Source of the DNA: an uncultured Nitrososphaerota archaeon
GTDB lineage: Archaea; Thermoproteota; Nitrososphaeria; Nitrososphaerales; Nitrosopumilaceae
Reading direction: 5' to 3'
NCBI GenBank assembly: GCA_963701075.1
Contig: OY969559.1
Coordinates: 1,696,001-1,760,000 of the forward strand
Length of the DNA: 64,000 bases
A program made the translations under genes and the position numbers. This document shows, one piece after another, positions 40,671 to 50,462 of this stretch (position 1 is its first letter; every line of letters starts with the position of its first letter). The notes under the pieces were generated by a model. That model saw only the letters and a program-made list of their open reading frames with translations, ran no database searches and was not told the DNA's origin.

Positions 40671-41294
40671 ATGAAGTTTGTAGCAATGTTAGTAATCGTA
40701 ATGGCAGTAGCATTTCTTGGTTTGATTGGAGTATCATATGCTTTGCCTGAGATATCAGTTGTTACAAGCAGGCCAGTTTACCAATATGGCGACAGCCTTT
40801 CTTTTTCAGTTACAGTCTCCAACGTTACAGGAGACATGGCAGTTTTAGAGATTGTAGATCAGTCAAACAAATCATCATCACCAATTGATATGATAATTAC
40901 AAAGCCCGTCTCAAATATCACGGCTCCAGTTCCATTTTATAAAACGATTTTTGCCCCTGGCACTTATTTTGTCAAGATTCAATATTCAGGTTCCAATGCA
41001 ACGACAAGTTTTCAACTTGTGGACACGGGAGATATTGTGATTCCCCCACAGTTCAAAGAGGTAGCAAGTTCCTGGGGTCAGAACCAAACATCTAACAAGT
41101 TATTTGGAGAAAATATTTTCTATCTTGTCGATTCAGGTACAATCAAGATAGACGGTTACCACGACCAAAACATGACAGCAATTCCATCATGGTTCAAAAA
41201 TGACGCACTTTGGTGGTCAAATGGCTCTATTTCAGACAATGATTTCGGACATGCCGTGCAATATCTTTTGGAATCCAAAATAATGATAGTCTAG
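40671..41294 (+). CDS. Secreted protein with C-terminal IPxW-type AOA surface domain
   Basis: Signal peptide; IPSWFKNDA.WWS.G.ISD.DF...QYL. Confidence 0.75.
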   Translation: MKFVAMLVIVMAVAFLGLIGVSYALPEISVVTSRPVYQYGDSLSFSVTVSNVTGDMAVLEIVDQSNKSSSPIDMIITKPVSNITAPVPFYKTIFAPGTYFVKIQYSGSNATTSFQLVDTGDIVIPPQFKEVASSWGQNQTSNKLFGENIFYLVDSGTIKIDGYHDQNMTAIPSWFKNDALWWSNGSISDNDFGHAVQYLLESKIMIV

Positions 41295-41424
41295 TAGCTC
41301 TTTACAGTCTTACTTGGCCTTTTTCTTGCAGTACTTGCAATTACAATTACTACAACAATAGAAATGGCTCCAATTACTGCACAGTCAATTGGGCTCAGGT
41401 GGATGGTTGCGTTTGGAATATATG

Positions 41425-42298
41425 CAACTCATCCTAAAACCCTCCAATACATCATTATTCCAGTAATGTTAAGAAATGCCAGATAATTTTCTGCAATTCT
41501 CTCATATCTGATTCTAATTCTGTGGAATCCACATTTGAGCCATGCAAAGAATCTCTCCACCACGTATCTTGTCCTGTTGTAATTACTCTGACTTTTCTTA
41601 TTGTTGTTATTTTTGAAATTTCTGGATGGAATGCAGTCCCTGATGTTTCTATTCTTTAGATACTCTCTAATCTTTTTTGCATCATAACCCTTGTCTGCAT
41701 ATACAGCTACAATCTGTTCTATGGAATCATCATCAAGATATTCAGAGATGTTTTCCATCACATCGATGAGCTTTGTTGAATCATGCTCATTTGCAGGACC
41801 AATAATTATTGATACTGGAAGTGAATTGCAATCTACTGCAACATGTATTTTCGTGCCTGATATTCTTTTGAATCCGTCGTATCCTGTCACATCTCCCCTT
41901 TTTTGGCTGCAACAGTTGACGAATCAACCGATACCTTTTGCAGCTGTATCTTCCCTGAATGGTGTGCTGATTTTATTGCATCAGATAAGATATTTTGCCA
42001 GATTCCTTTTTGCTGCCATTTCTGCAATCTGAGATGAGCAGTTGATTTTGAGCCGTATCTTTTTGGCATCTCCTCCCACCTGCAGCCGGTAACCAGAATA
42101 AACATGATTCCATTTATTGTGGTACGGTCATCACACCTTGGTCTGCCTGTTCTGGCAGGCGATGGAAGGTGTTTTTGTATTGTTTCCCATTGTTTGTCTG
42201 AGATTTCTTGGAATTTCATGGAATCAGTGTGATTATTCCATCTGATAGATCCAGTGATCGTCAAAAATTTACTAAATGATCAGTTTTAGGATGAGTTG
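41425..42298 (-). mobile_element. IS5-family insertion sequence, 874 bp
   Basis: Perfect 16-bp TIRs caactcatcctaaaac (41425-41440) and gttttaggatgagttg (42283-42298); 3-bp duplication ATG at 41422-41424 and 42299-42301. Confidence 0.92.
41429..42219 (-). CDS. IS5-family DDE transposase in two ORFs joined by a probable programmed -1 frameshift at A6G4
   Basis: TG.RW..MP..YG..ST, VDSS, K.H.AVD, ADKGYD, R..VER.F.W; slippery gccaaaaaagggg on the minus strand near 41895-41905. Confidence 0.88.
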
Positions 42299-42949
42299 AT
42301 GGTATCGTAAAAACAATGTTTCCTCCTGCATTTGTTTTAGATGGAGTATTTCCCGGCGTTGTGCTTGGCGGTGTTTTTGATGTAACTTTAGATAGCGGGG
42401 ATTGTGTTGTTGAATTTTTTGTGGTAGCATATGGAGATGTCTGCGATACAGTATGATTATGCACCTGTGACAATGGCGGGGTTTTCGGTGTATTGTTAGA
42501 AGGTGGCAATTGAGTCACGCCTCCGTTTGGCCCAGGTGTCACAAGGTAAGTTCCAATTATCTCAATTTGTTTATTGTCAGGAGTAAGTTGTAGTGACAGG
42601 GTTCTTGTGGTTGCAGTTGGAGTCTTTTCTTCAATATTTGCAGGTGTTCCGTCAATTACTGCAAGAAATGGAGTGTCATTGTTATGTTGATCTTTAGCGT
42701 CAAGTAGCGCACGAGGTATTGTCAGGTCAAGAGACGCACTTTGACTTGATACCTGTACTGATATCGTAAGCTCGTCGCCGTATGTTAGATTTGGTTCAAT
42801 GTCCTGTATCTTAACTCCATTTGCGTTATAGTTTATCTGATATGTATTTCCAAAAATAACTGGAAACGAACCCGTGTCAGCAAAGACAGGAGAGAATGGA
42901 AGTAATACCAAGAATAATGCAGGCACTACTAGTGCTAGACGTACCAAGT

Positions 42950-43883
42950 CTAGATTACGCCACGAAGAATCATTATTATCTTTTCTGCTATAACATTTGC
43001 AGCTGAAAGCCTGAGCTTCTCTTGTCTGAGCTCCTATGTGAGGTGTGCAGATTACGTTGGGCAGAGTGGTAAGCTTGTTTCCAACAGCAGGCTCTTTCTC
43101 AAATACATCTAACGCTGCTCCCGCAATCTTTCCTTCCTTTAGTGCATTGTAAAGGGCATCTTCGTCAATTATCTCACCCCGGGATGTATTGATGATACAA
43201 GTTGTCTTTTTCATCTGGGACAACCTTTGCGCATTTACAAGGTGATGTGTTTCTGGAGTAAAGGGTACATGAAATGAGATGTAATCTGCACTTGATAGCA
43301 ATGTATCAAGATCTGCCTTGACTAGTCCCACTTCCCTTGAGAACTCGTCTGGTATAGGAATTACATCAAAACCTATGATATTCATGTTCAGAGCCTTTGC
43401 ATGTCTTGCAAGTTTCTTTCCAATGTTTCCCAGCCCAACTATTCCAAGATATTTGCCAGAAAGTTCGCTGCCCATCAATTCCTTCTTTAGCCATTTGCCA
43501 TTTCGTATCTCTCTGTCTGCTCGTGGTATCTCTCTTGCAAGCGATAGCATCAATCCCAATACAAGCTCAGCAACTGCATTCATTGCACCTTCTACTGCAT
43601 TGATTACACGTATGCCCTTTGCCTTTGCAGCGTCAGTATCAACATTATCAAGGCCCACCCCAACTCGTGCAATTATTTTACACTTGTTGGCTTTTTCAAT
43701 CAAGTCCCGTGTTAGCTTGGTCCTGCTTCGCACTATGACGATTTCATAGTTGCCAATTTTTTCCTTTATCTGTTCTGGTGTAATCTCCGGCTCGTATGTA
43801 ATTTTCAAACCATTTTTTTGCAAAATTTCATTTAGTATTTTATCAACTTGATCACAGATGAGAACTGTTTGGTTCATGCTCAT
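42950..43883 (-). CDS. serA: D-3-phosphoglycerate dehydrogenase / D-2-hydroxyacid dehydrogenase, 1-nt insertion at 43005
   Basis: RVGVGLDNVD, GLGNIG, INTSRG, ALDVF..EP, TPHIGAQT; removing G43005 gives REAQALAANVIAEK...GVI*. Confidence 0.85.
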
Positions 43884-43961
43884 GCAAGAATCCCACTATG
43901 TACAGAATATAATCATTGTGTGATACTAGGATAAAAAAGGAAAAAGTTGGAATTAATGGAC

Positions 43962-45296
43962 TTATTGTCCAGACATTCCGGTCATGCTTCCTGACATTCC
44001 GGTCATGTTTAGTTGGGCAGCACGATCGCTTGAGCATTCACAGTGGACAAATGTCTGCTGTGCGATGCTTGTATCAGGTACGCTCGAGACTGGAGGTACA
44101 GCATCCGATGGATTTGGAGCTGGACTTGCCTGAGCTAACTGGACTGCAGCTGCACCAGTAAAGATTGCAGCATAGTCATGATTGACTATCACATATGCGC
44201 CCGGTTGGTCATAGACCACATCAACTATTGCATCTTGTGAACCACCAATGTTCCATGTCTGAGTGCCCATTGCTTGTACCATATTACCTTGTGTAACTCT
44301 GTCCATCTGTCCTCCCACAATGTGGAAGAATACTGGCATGTTACCTTGGTTCACTACGAAGTATCGTATGTGTTGACCAACTGGTAGAATCAACGGGGCA
44401 GACTTGTCATTAGCTGCTGGAGCATTGTTCCATACCTTTGTTACAACTGGATCATAGCCAAATGGCTTGCCGTTGATTACAGTCCAAGTTGTATTGTGTA
44501 AGAACATTGCAGCTTGGTTGTAAGATCCGTCTGCATTAAGGTATAGTTGGCTGAATTGCAAAGTGAACTCGTATGCTGCTGGGTCAATCAAGGTTTGGTT
44601 TAGTACAACCTGACCGTTTTGTGTCGCGGTTCTTGTGATTAGGAGTTTGTGATATCCATTGAGTGGATCAACAATTATCATTCCGTACATGCCGGAAAGA
44701 ACATGCTGGTCCATTCCAATAACACCTACACCTTCACAGTGATACTTGAAGGCACCAGGATAGTTTGCAATGTATGCATATGTGTTCGACTTGCCTGGCA
44801 TCACAGGACCAAAGTTTGGCACTGCTGAGATTTGAGCAGCGTGCATGTCAAGGCTATGACCTGTCAGCTCAGTTGATGGTACATTTAGTGTAACTTCGAC
44901 TACATCGCCTTGTGTTACTCTAATTGTTGGACCAGGAACTTGGCCGTCAAAAGTCATTGCATCATACATTTGTCCGCCAGGAATTGGCAGCTTGACGCTT
45001 TGTGCGGTCAGGGTAATCTCATGTACGGTTCGACCATTTGCTTTTTCAACAGCAACTTGATCTAGAGGAATTGCATCCGCTCCGACCATATTGAATACCA
45101 GACCACCGACGCTCTGTACATCTTTTGCAGTGACAGAATCAATTGTCTGTGGTGTGACTTTGTCAATTGTAGCTGGTGATACGCTTTGTGCGTTACCAGA
45201 TACTACCTGCGTGTTTGAATATGTGCTACCGAACAGAAAGCTGGCCACTGCTACTACTGCAACAATGGACAGTATACTGTATCGTTTATTCATCAT
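43962..45296 (-). CDS. nirK: Copper-containing nitrite reductase (AOA-type NirK)
   Basis: HSLDMH, YHC, H....GM (T1/T2 Cu ligands and catalytic Asp), FHIVG, VNHD; N-terminal signal/TM helix. Confidence 0.85.
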   Translation of the reverse strand: MMNKRYSILSIVAVVAVASFLFGSTYSNTQVVSGNAQSVSPATIDKVTPQTIDSVTAKDVQSVGGLVFNMVGADAIPLDQVAVEKANGRTVHEITLTAQSVKLPIPGGQMYDAMTFDGQVPGPTIRVTQGDVVEVTLNVPSTELTGHSLDMHAAQISAVPNFGPVMPGKSNTYAYIANYPGAFKYHCEGVGVIGMDQHVLSGMYGMIIVDPLNGYHKLLITRTATQNGQVVLNQTLIDPAAYEFTLQFSQLYLNADGSYNQAAMFLHNTTWTVINGKPFGYDPVVTKVWNNAPAANDKSAPLILPVGQHIRYFVVNQGNMPVFFHIVGGQMDRVTQGNMVQAMGTQTWNIGGSQDAIVDVVYDQPGAYVIVNHDYAAIFTGAAAVQLAQASPAPNPSDAVPPVSSVPDTSIAQQTFVHCECSSDRAAQLNMTGMSGSMTGMSGQ

Positions 45297-45314
45297 CTCG
45301 AATTTTGTTTATAA

Positions 45315-45325
45315 GTATATTAACC
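45315..45325 (-). promoter_or_regulatory. TATA box of a probable leaderless nirK transcript
   Basis: ttaata about 25 nt upstream of the ATG. Confidence 0.45.
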
Positions 45326-45424
45326 TATTGGGTTTTTGCCCCAAAACAAGTGGAACTTACGATCTTTACTTGAGATATTTTTGTAATTTTTCAAATGCGA
45401 ATGAATATTAGGAATTTTGATTGC

Positions 45425-46795
45425 ATGATGCACGTGGAATATAGAACAGAGCGAGATTCTCTAGGAGAGGTAAAGATTCCAGCAGATGCATATTATGGCG
45501 CCTTTACATCAAGGGCAATCAACCAGTACCACGTAACTGGTCTCAAGCCGCACATCAATTTGATAATGGCCTTTGTGATGATCAAAAGATCAGCTGCAGT
45601 TGCCAACATGAAGACTGGATCAATAGATGCAAAACGCGGCAATGCCATAGTCAAGGCATGCGATAAAATATTGGCAGGAAAATTTCTTGAACAGTTTCTC
45701 ATAGAGCCAATTAACTCTGGTGCTGGTACAGCATTTAACATGAATACAAACGAAGTCATTTCAAACGTAGCTTTAGAAATTCTTGGAGAAAAGAAAGGAA
45801 ATGACAAAGTCCTACATCCCAATGATCATGTCAACATGTCCCAGTCAAGCAATGACACATTTCCAACTGCCATGCATATGGCAATACTTTTCAACATAAA
45901 ACAAGTCATCCCCGCACTGGATGATCTTATAAAAATAATAACAAAAAAAGCAAGAGAGTTTTCAGGATACCAAAAAATAGGCAGAACGCATCTAATGGAT
46001 GCTCTTCCTGTAACTCTTGGAGGAGAGTTTGCAGCATATGGAACTGCTATTGCAAAAGCACGTGATGCGATTTTTGCCGCAAAAAAAGAATTGGAACACA
46101 TTGCATTAGGCGGAACTGCTGTTGGTACAGGTGCAAACACTCCAAAAGGATACAGAACTATTGTGATATCAGAGCTTGCAAAGATTTCAAAATTGCGGCT
46201 CATGCCGCAGTCTGATATGCAATATGGTTTGCAGAGCAGATTTGCAGTAGCGAATATTTCATCTGCTCTGAGAAATTTGGCTCTTGAGATGGGAAGATTT
46301 TCAAATGATCTCAGATTGATGGCTTCTGGCCCTGTTGCCGGTCTATCAGAACTTGGAATACCTGCGGTTCATGCAGGTTCTTCCATCATGCCAGGAAAAG
46401 TCAATCCCTCTCTTGCAGAATGCATGAACATGGTATGCTTTGACATCATAGGCAACGATACAACTGTAGCCCTTGCAGTACAGTCAGGTCAGTTTGAGCT
46501 CAATGTGATGCTGCCTGTAATGTTAAAGGCAGTTTTGGAATCAACAGACATGTTAAAGAATTTCGTACCAATATTTTCACGCAACCTAGTTGCAGGACTT
46601 AGCGCAAACAAACAGAAGCTTAAACATTATATCGAAAACAGTCCTGTGATAGTAACATTGCTTGCGCCAAAGCTTGGCTATCTAGCCTCTGCTGACCTGT
46701 ACAAGGAATCTCTCAAGACTGGAAAGACCATACGACAACTCGTAGTCTCAAAGGGATTAATGAGTGAAAAAGAAGTCAACTCACTATTAGGATAG
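45425..46795 (+). CDS. Class II fumarate hydratase / aspartate ammonia-lyase family lyase
   Basis: HPNDHVN.SQSSND.FPT, GRTHLMDA.P, GSSIMPGKVNP; fumC versus aspA not resolved by eye. Confidence 0.9.
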   Translation: MMHVEYRTERDSLGEVKIPADAYYGAFTSRAINQYHVTGLKPHINLIMAFVMIKRSAAVANMKTGSIDAKRGNAIVKACDKILAGKFLEQFLIEPINSGAGTAFNMNTNEVISNVALEILGEKKGNDKVLHPNDHVNMSQSSNDTFPTAMHMAILFNIKQVIPALDDLIKIITKKAREFSGYQKIGRTHLMDALPVTLGGEFAAYGTAIAKARDAIFAAKKELEHIALGGTAVGTGANTPKGYRTIVISELAKISKLRLMPQSDMQYGLQSRFAVANISSALRNLALEMGRFSNDLRLMASGPVAGLSELGIPAVHAGSSIMPGKVNPSLAECMNMVCFDIIGNDTTVALAVQSGQFELNVMLPVMLKAVLESTDMLKNFVPIFSRNLVAGLSANKQKLKHYIENSPVIVTLLAPKLGYLASADLYKESLKTGKTIRQLVVSKGLMSEKEVNSLLG

Positions 46796-46796
46796 C

Positions 46797-48065
46797 ATGG
46801 CAAAGATCTGGGTTGAGGCATACGGGTGTTCTGCAAGCTTTGCAGACTCTGAAATGATTATCGGTCTTGTAGTAAATGGCGGCCACACGCTTGCAGAAGA
46901 TCCTTCAGACGCTGACCTCAGTGTCATAGTTACATGTTCAGTCAAGGACGTAACTGCGCACAAGATGGCACATAGAATAAAACGATTAAAGAGCAAGCCG
47001 CTAGTTGTGGCCGGCTGCCTTCCCAAGGCAGAGACAGTAACTGTGGAAAAATTCAGTCCAAAGGCAAGCCTTCTTGGACCAAATTCTCTTGGAAGGACGC
47101 TTGAGGTAATTGATTCCACACTTAGGGGCCACAAAAGAATTGAACTTGAAGATTCAGACACATCAAAGATAGGGCTGCCAAAGGTACGCCTAAACCCAGC
47201 TGTTGGAATAGTGGAGATAGCTAGCGGGTGCATGAGCGAGTGTACTTTTTGCCAGACGAAATTATCAAAAGGAGAGATTCGCAGTTTTAGGATAGGAGAT
47301 ATCGTAAGGCAGGTAAGGCAAGAGATCGATGACGGATGCAGAGAGGTATGGCTAACATCTACTGACAATGGTTGTTATGGTTTTGATATTGGAACAGATC
47401 TTCCAAGTCTGGTAAATGCCGTATCAGAGATAGAGCGAGATTTCATGATTCGTGTAGGCATGATGAATCCAATGTACATGCCAAGAATACGCAAAGACCT
47501 GCTAGAATCATTTGAAAACCCCAAACTCTTCAAATTCCTTCACATTCCCGTTCAGAGCGGAAGCAACCAAGTCCTAAAAGACATGAAACGCGGCCATACT
47601 GCAGAGGTCTTTAGAAAGTCAAGTGAGACATTTAGGAAGAAATTTGAGAGATTTACAGTTTCCACAGATGTGATAATAGGATTTCCAACAGAGACTGAAG
47701 AAGACTTTGAGCAGACACTTGACATGATACATGAGACAAGGCCTGATATTGTCAACCTCTCAAGGTATAGCGCAAGACCTGGAACAAAGGCAGCCTTGAT
47801 GGATCAAGTAAGCGTCTCAGACATGATGGAGCGAAGCAAGAAACTTTCCGAGATGGTAAACAAGATATCCCAAGAGAGAAACCAGGAATGGGTTGGCTGG
47901 AAGGGTGAGGTCTTGTTCGATGAGATCTCAGATGATACCATAAAGGGTCGCAATTATGCATACAAGCCCGTTTTTGTACAAGAGAAGATCAAACTTGGCC
48001 AGAGGATAAAAGTGGAAATAACAAGAGCCGCAAAACATGGTCTTTATGGCCAGATTGCAAGTTAA
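46797..48065 (+). CDS. tRNA t6A methylthiotransferase (archaeal e-MtaB/CDKAL1-like radical SAM, TRAM domain)
   Basis: YGCSA...DSE, TC.VK, AGC, CMSECTFC, HIPVQSGS, DVIIGFPTE. Confidence 0.88.
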   Translation: MAKIWVEAYGCSASFADSEMIIGLVVNGGHTLAEDPSDADLSVIVTCSVKDVTAHKMAHRIKRLKSKPLVVAGCLPKAETVTVEKFSPKASLLGPNSLGRTLEVIDSTLRGHKRIELEDSDTSKIGLPKVRLNPAVGIVEIASGCMSECTFCQTKLSKGEIRSFRIGDIVRQVRQEIDDGCREVWLTSTDNGCYGFDIGTDLPSLVNAVSEIERDFMIRVGMMNPMYMPRIRKDLLESFENPKLFKFLHIPVQSGSNQVLKDMKRGHTAEVFRKSSETFRKKFERFTVSTDVIIGFPTETEEDFEQTLDMIHETRPDIVNLSRYSARPGTKAALMDQVSVSDMMERSKKLSEMVNKISQERNQEWVGWKGEVLFDEISDDTIKGRNYAYKPVFVQEKIKLGQRIKVEITRAAKHGLYGQIAS

Positions 48066-48139
48066 ATTTTTTAGATTGAACTTTGGATCAAAACTAAGCA
48101 ACAAAGTTTTTTAATCATTTTTGCAAGCAAGATAGAGTC

Positions 48140-49093
48140 ATGGAATTTCAAATACAAGATCCAATCTTAGTTGTTGGATTGGGCGGAGCAGGCTGCAGAC
48201 TGGCTACAAGCATAAAGGAAAGGCTTGGCTGTGATTCTCTCCTAATAAGCCATGACCCAAAAGACCTAAACCACGACTCTTCGAAGATTTTGATAAATAC
48301 CAATCCTGTTCTCAACCCTTCAGCATATCTTATCAGAGGAATATCATTTGGAGCAAGAGGCTCGATTGCACAGAAATTAGAATCCTATTCCACTATAATG
48401 ATTGTAGCCAACTTGGCAGGAAAATCTGGCGCCGCTTTGGCTCCAGTAGTATCCCAGATTGGCAAAGAATTAGGCAAAAGCGTACTTTCCTTTGGAATAA
48501 TGCCCTTCAAGTTTGAAAAAGACAGGATCTTCTTCTCAGGGGTTTCATTGAAGAGACTAAAGGCAAATTCAGATTGTACAATAATCATTGATAATGATGC
48601 TTTGCTTGACAGCAATCCTGACCTGACACCTGATTCTTGCAATGTAATCACAAATGGAGCATTGATGCATGTTGTCTCCACCCTGAAAAATTCATCTTTG
48701 CCCCTTAAGACAAATATCCTATCAACAAGCAAAGACATATCAGATATTGAAACATCACTTAGAGATTCAATCAAGATGCTTTACGAAGACGCACCTCCAA
48801 ACAACATCAAGAGTGCATTGCTCTACGTAGTAGGCGGCAACAAAGTACCAATAGGTGTTCTAAATTCAATGGTAAGCACTGTTAGCGGCATATTCAGTAA
48901 TGACAGTACACGAGTCAGCTTGTCTGTCTCAAATGGAGAAAAATCCAAGGTTGTTTTGCTTACTTCGATAGAGGGCGAGACCCGTTTTGACAAGTACGAC
49001 CCGCTTGGAATGATTCCAAAAGAAAATGTCCTTGATTGGGACGAACCAGATGCCAGTGTAAAAATTGACTTGGATCTAGAACAGATAGAATAG
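48140..49093 (+). CDS. ftsZ: Divergent FtsZ-like protein of Nitrososphaerota
   Basis: VVGLGGAG, MPF.FE, IIDND.L; signature degenerate (AGKSGA). Confidence 0.75.
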   Translation: MEFQIQDPILVVGLGGAGCRLATSIKERLGCDSLLISHDPKDLNHDSSKILINTNPVLNPSAYLIRGISFGARGSIAQKLESYSTIMIVANLAGKSGAALAPVVSQIGKELGKSVLSFGIMPFKFEKDRIFFSGVSLKRLKANSDCTIIIDNDALLDSNPDLTPDSCNVITNGALMHVVSTLKNSSLPLKTNILSTSKDISDIETSLRDSIKMLYEDAPPNNIKSALLYVVGGNKVPIGVLNSMVSTVSGIFSNDSTRVSLSVSNGEKSKVVLLTSIEGETRFDKYDPLGMIPKENVLDWDEPDASVKIDLDLEQIE

Positions 49094-49095
49094 AT

Positions 49096-49656
49096 TTACT
49101 CTTTTGATTTCTTTTCAGATTTAGTTTCTGAGGGTTTCTTTTCTTCCTTCTTTGGTTTTTCTTCTGCTTTCTTCTCTACTTTCTTTTCTTCTTTCTTTGC
49201 CTTTGGTTTTTCCTCGGCTTTCTTTTCTTCCTTTGATTCCTCTTTCTGGGGTTTCTCTTCTACTTTCTTTTCTTCAGATTTTGGTTTTTCTTCCACTAAT
49301 TTTTTCTCTTCTTTCTTTTCTTTTGACTTTTCCTCTACCTTCTTCTCTTCCTTCTTTTCATCTTTCTTTGATTTCTCTTCGCCTGTTTTCTTTTCTTCTT
49401 GATATTTTGAAACTATGATATTTCCGTCATCATCTTTTGACATCTTGACTCTAATTTTTCTTGGAGGATGTCGTATTCCGCGCTCCCACACCAAGTGACT
49501 GACATCTTCCTCAATTTTCACATTTTCTGATTTCATGTGCTTTATGGCAAATTCTCGTATCATGTTTATTGCGCGCTTTGCTCTATGATTGTTTGAAGAA
49601 AGTACTACCTTTCCCAAATTAATGGTATAAATCCGCTCTAATGCTTCTTCGGACAA
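49096..49656 (-). CDS. rpl31e: 50S ribosomal protein L31e with Lys/Glu-rich C-terminal extension
   Basis: ER.YTINL, RAKRAI..IREF..KHM, W.RGI..PP.KIRV. Confidence 0.92.
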   Translation of the reverse strand: MSEEALERIYTINLGKVVLSSNNHRAKRAINMIREFAIKHMKSENVKIEEDVSHLVWERGIRHPPRKIRVKMSKDDDGNIIVSKYQEEKKTGEEKSKKDEKKEEKKVEEKSKEKKEEKKLVEEKPKSEEKKVEEKPQKEESKEEKKAEEKPKAKKEEKKVEKKAEEKPKKEEKKPSETKSEKKSKE

Positions 49657-49658
49657 GA

Positions 49659-49817
49659 CTAACCTACCCCCACGTCAGTTTTGCGCCACTGTCTTCTCTT
49701 TGGATTTGTTCTCACTTTACGTTTTGTCTTAACTATTATCCAAGCTGGAACAACTGCATTTTGTTTCAGTTTGCTCATCAACCTTATCTTCCTTGGAGTT
49801 GACTTGTTGGCACCCAT
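49659..49817 (-). CDS. rpl39e: 50S ribosomal protein L39e (52 aa), absent from the ORF track
   Basis: K.RL...KQN..VP.WI..KT......NPKRR.WR; directly upstream of rpl31e. Confidence 0.93.
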   Translation of the reverse strand: MGANKSTPRKIRLMSKLKQNAVVPAWIIVKTKRKVRTNPKRRQWRKTDVGVG

Positions 49818-49862
49818 GAACGTTTGAAAATCTGACCTCTTTTTAAATGAATCTCGAAAATA

Positions 49863-50426
49863 TTACAGTAAACCATTTGCCGACAATGCATTGACAATCT
49901 GATTTAGCATCCTGGCAGAAGCCCCCCATATCAGATGATTTTGAAATTTGAAGGTATGCATCTCCTGGATAGACTTGTGCTCTGGATCTTTGTCTTCATC
50001 CATAGTTTTCAAAAGCGGAATTAAGGGTATTTGCAAGATGGATTCTATTTCAGAGGTGGTCCTTATCAACGGGATTTTTTCCAAGATTGTAACAAATGGA
50101 GCAATCGTAAAGCCTGAATTTAGCGTTGTAACTGGCCTGAGCTGTCCTATGACTTGATTATTGGATATTTGAACCCCTATTTCCTCCCCAGTCTCCCGTA
50201 TGGCAGTAGCAAGTAGATCTGCATCACTTTTTTCCCATCTTCCGCCAGGAAACGATATCTCACCTGCATGATGGTCCATGGTTTTTGGCCGCTCAGTCAT
50301 GATTACAGAGGGTTCCGGACCACAAATCACAATTAGTACTGCGGCAAGTTTTGTGTTCTGGCTACCTTGAACTTGTGGCGATATCGAGTCTGACAGTGCG
50401 TTCTTTATTTTTTCTAGTTCCAACAT
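49863..50426 (-). CDS. Nudix hydrolase, CoA pyrophosphatase type
   Basis: AAVL, H.GEISFPGG.....D....TA.RE..EE.G, IWGASA. Confidence 0.88.
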   Translation of the reverse strand: MLELEKIKNALSDSISPQVQGSQNTKLAAVLIVICGPEPSVIMTERPKTMDHHAGEISFPGGRWEKSDADLLATAIRETGEEIGVQISNNQVIGQLRPVTTLNSGFTIAPFVTILEKIPLIRTTSEIESILQIPLIPLLKTMDEDKDPEHKSIQEMHTFKFQNHLIWGASARMLNQIVNALSANGLL

Positions 50427-50462
50427 GATGATAATGTCACGGTTTGTTATTTTCTGTTGTGA

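Larger units (their letters stand above)
41291..42947 (-). pseudogene. Membrane-anchored surface protein disrupted by an IS5-family element
   Basis: TTG start 42947 with signal peptide; removing the IS and one ATG copy restores ...FTIPYIPNATIHL + TM helix + RKRP..KSY*. Confidence 0.85.

Noticed and set aside
42261-43883. 540-aa ORF suggesting a SerA-surface protein fusion
   Set aside because: Produced by the extra G at 43005. The corrected serA stops at 42950 and the next gene starts at 42947 with its own signal peptide.
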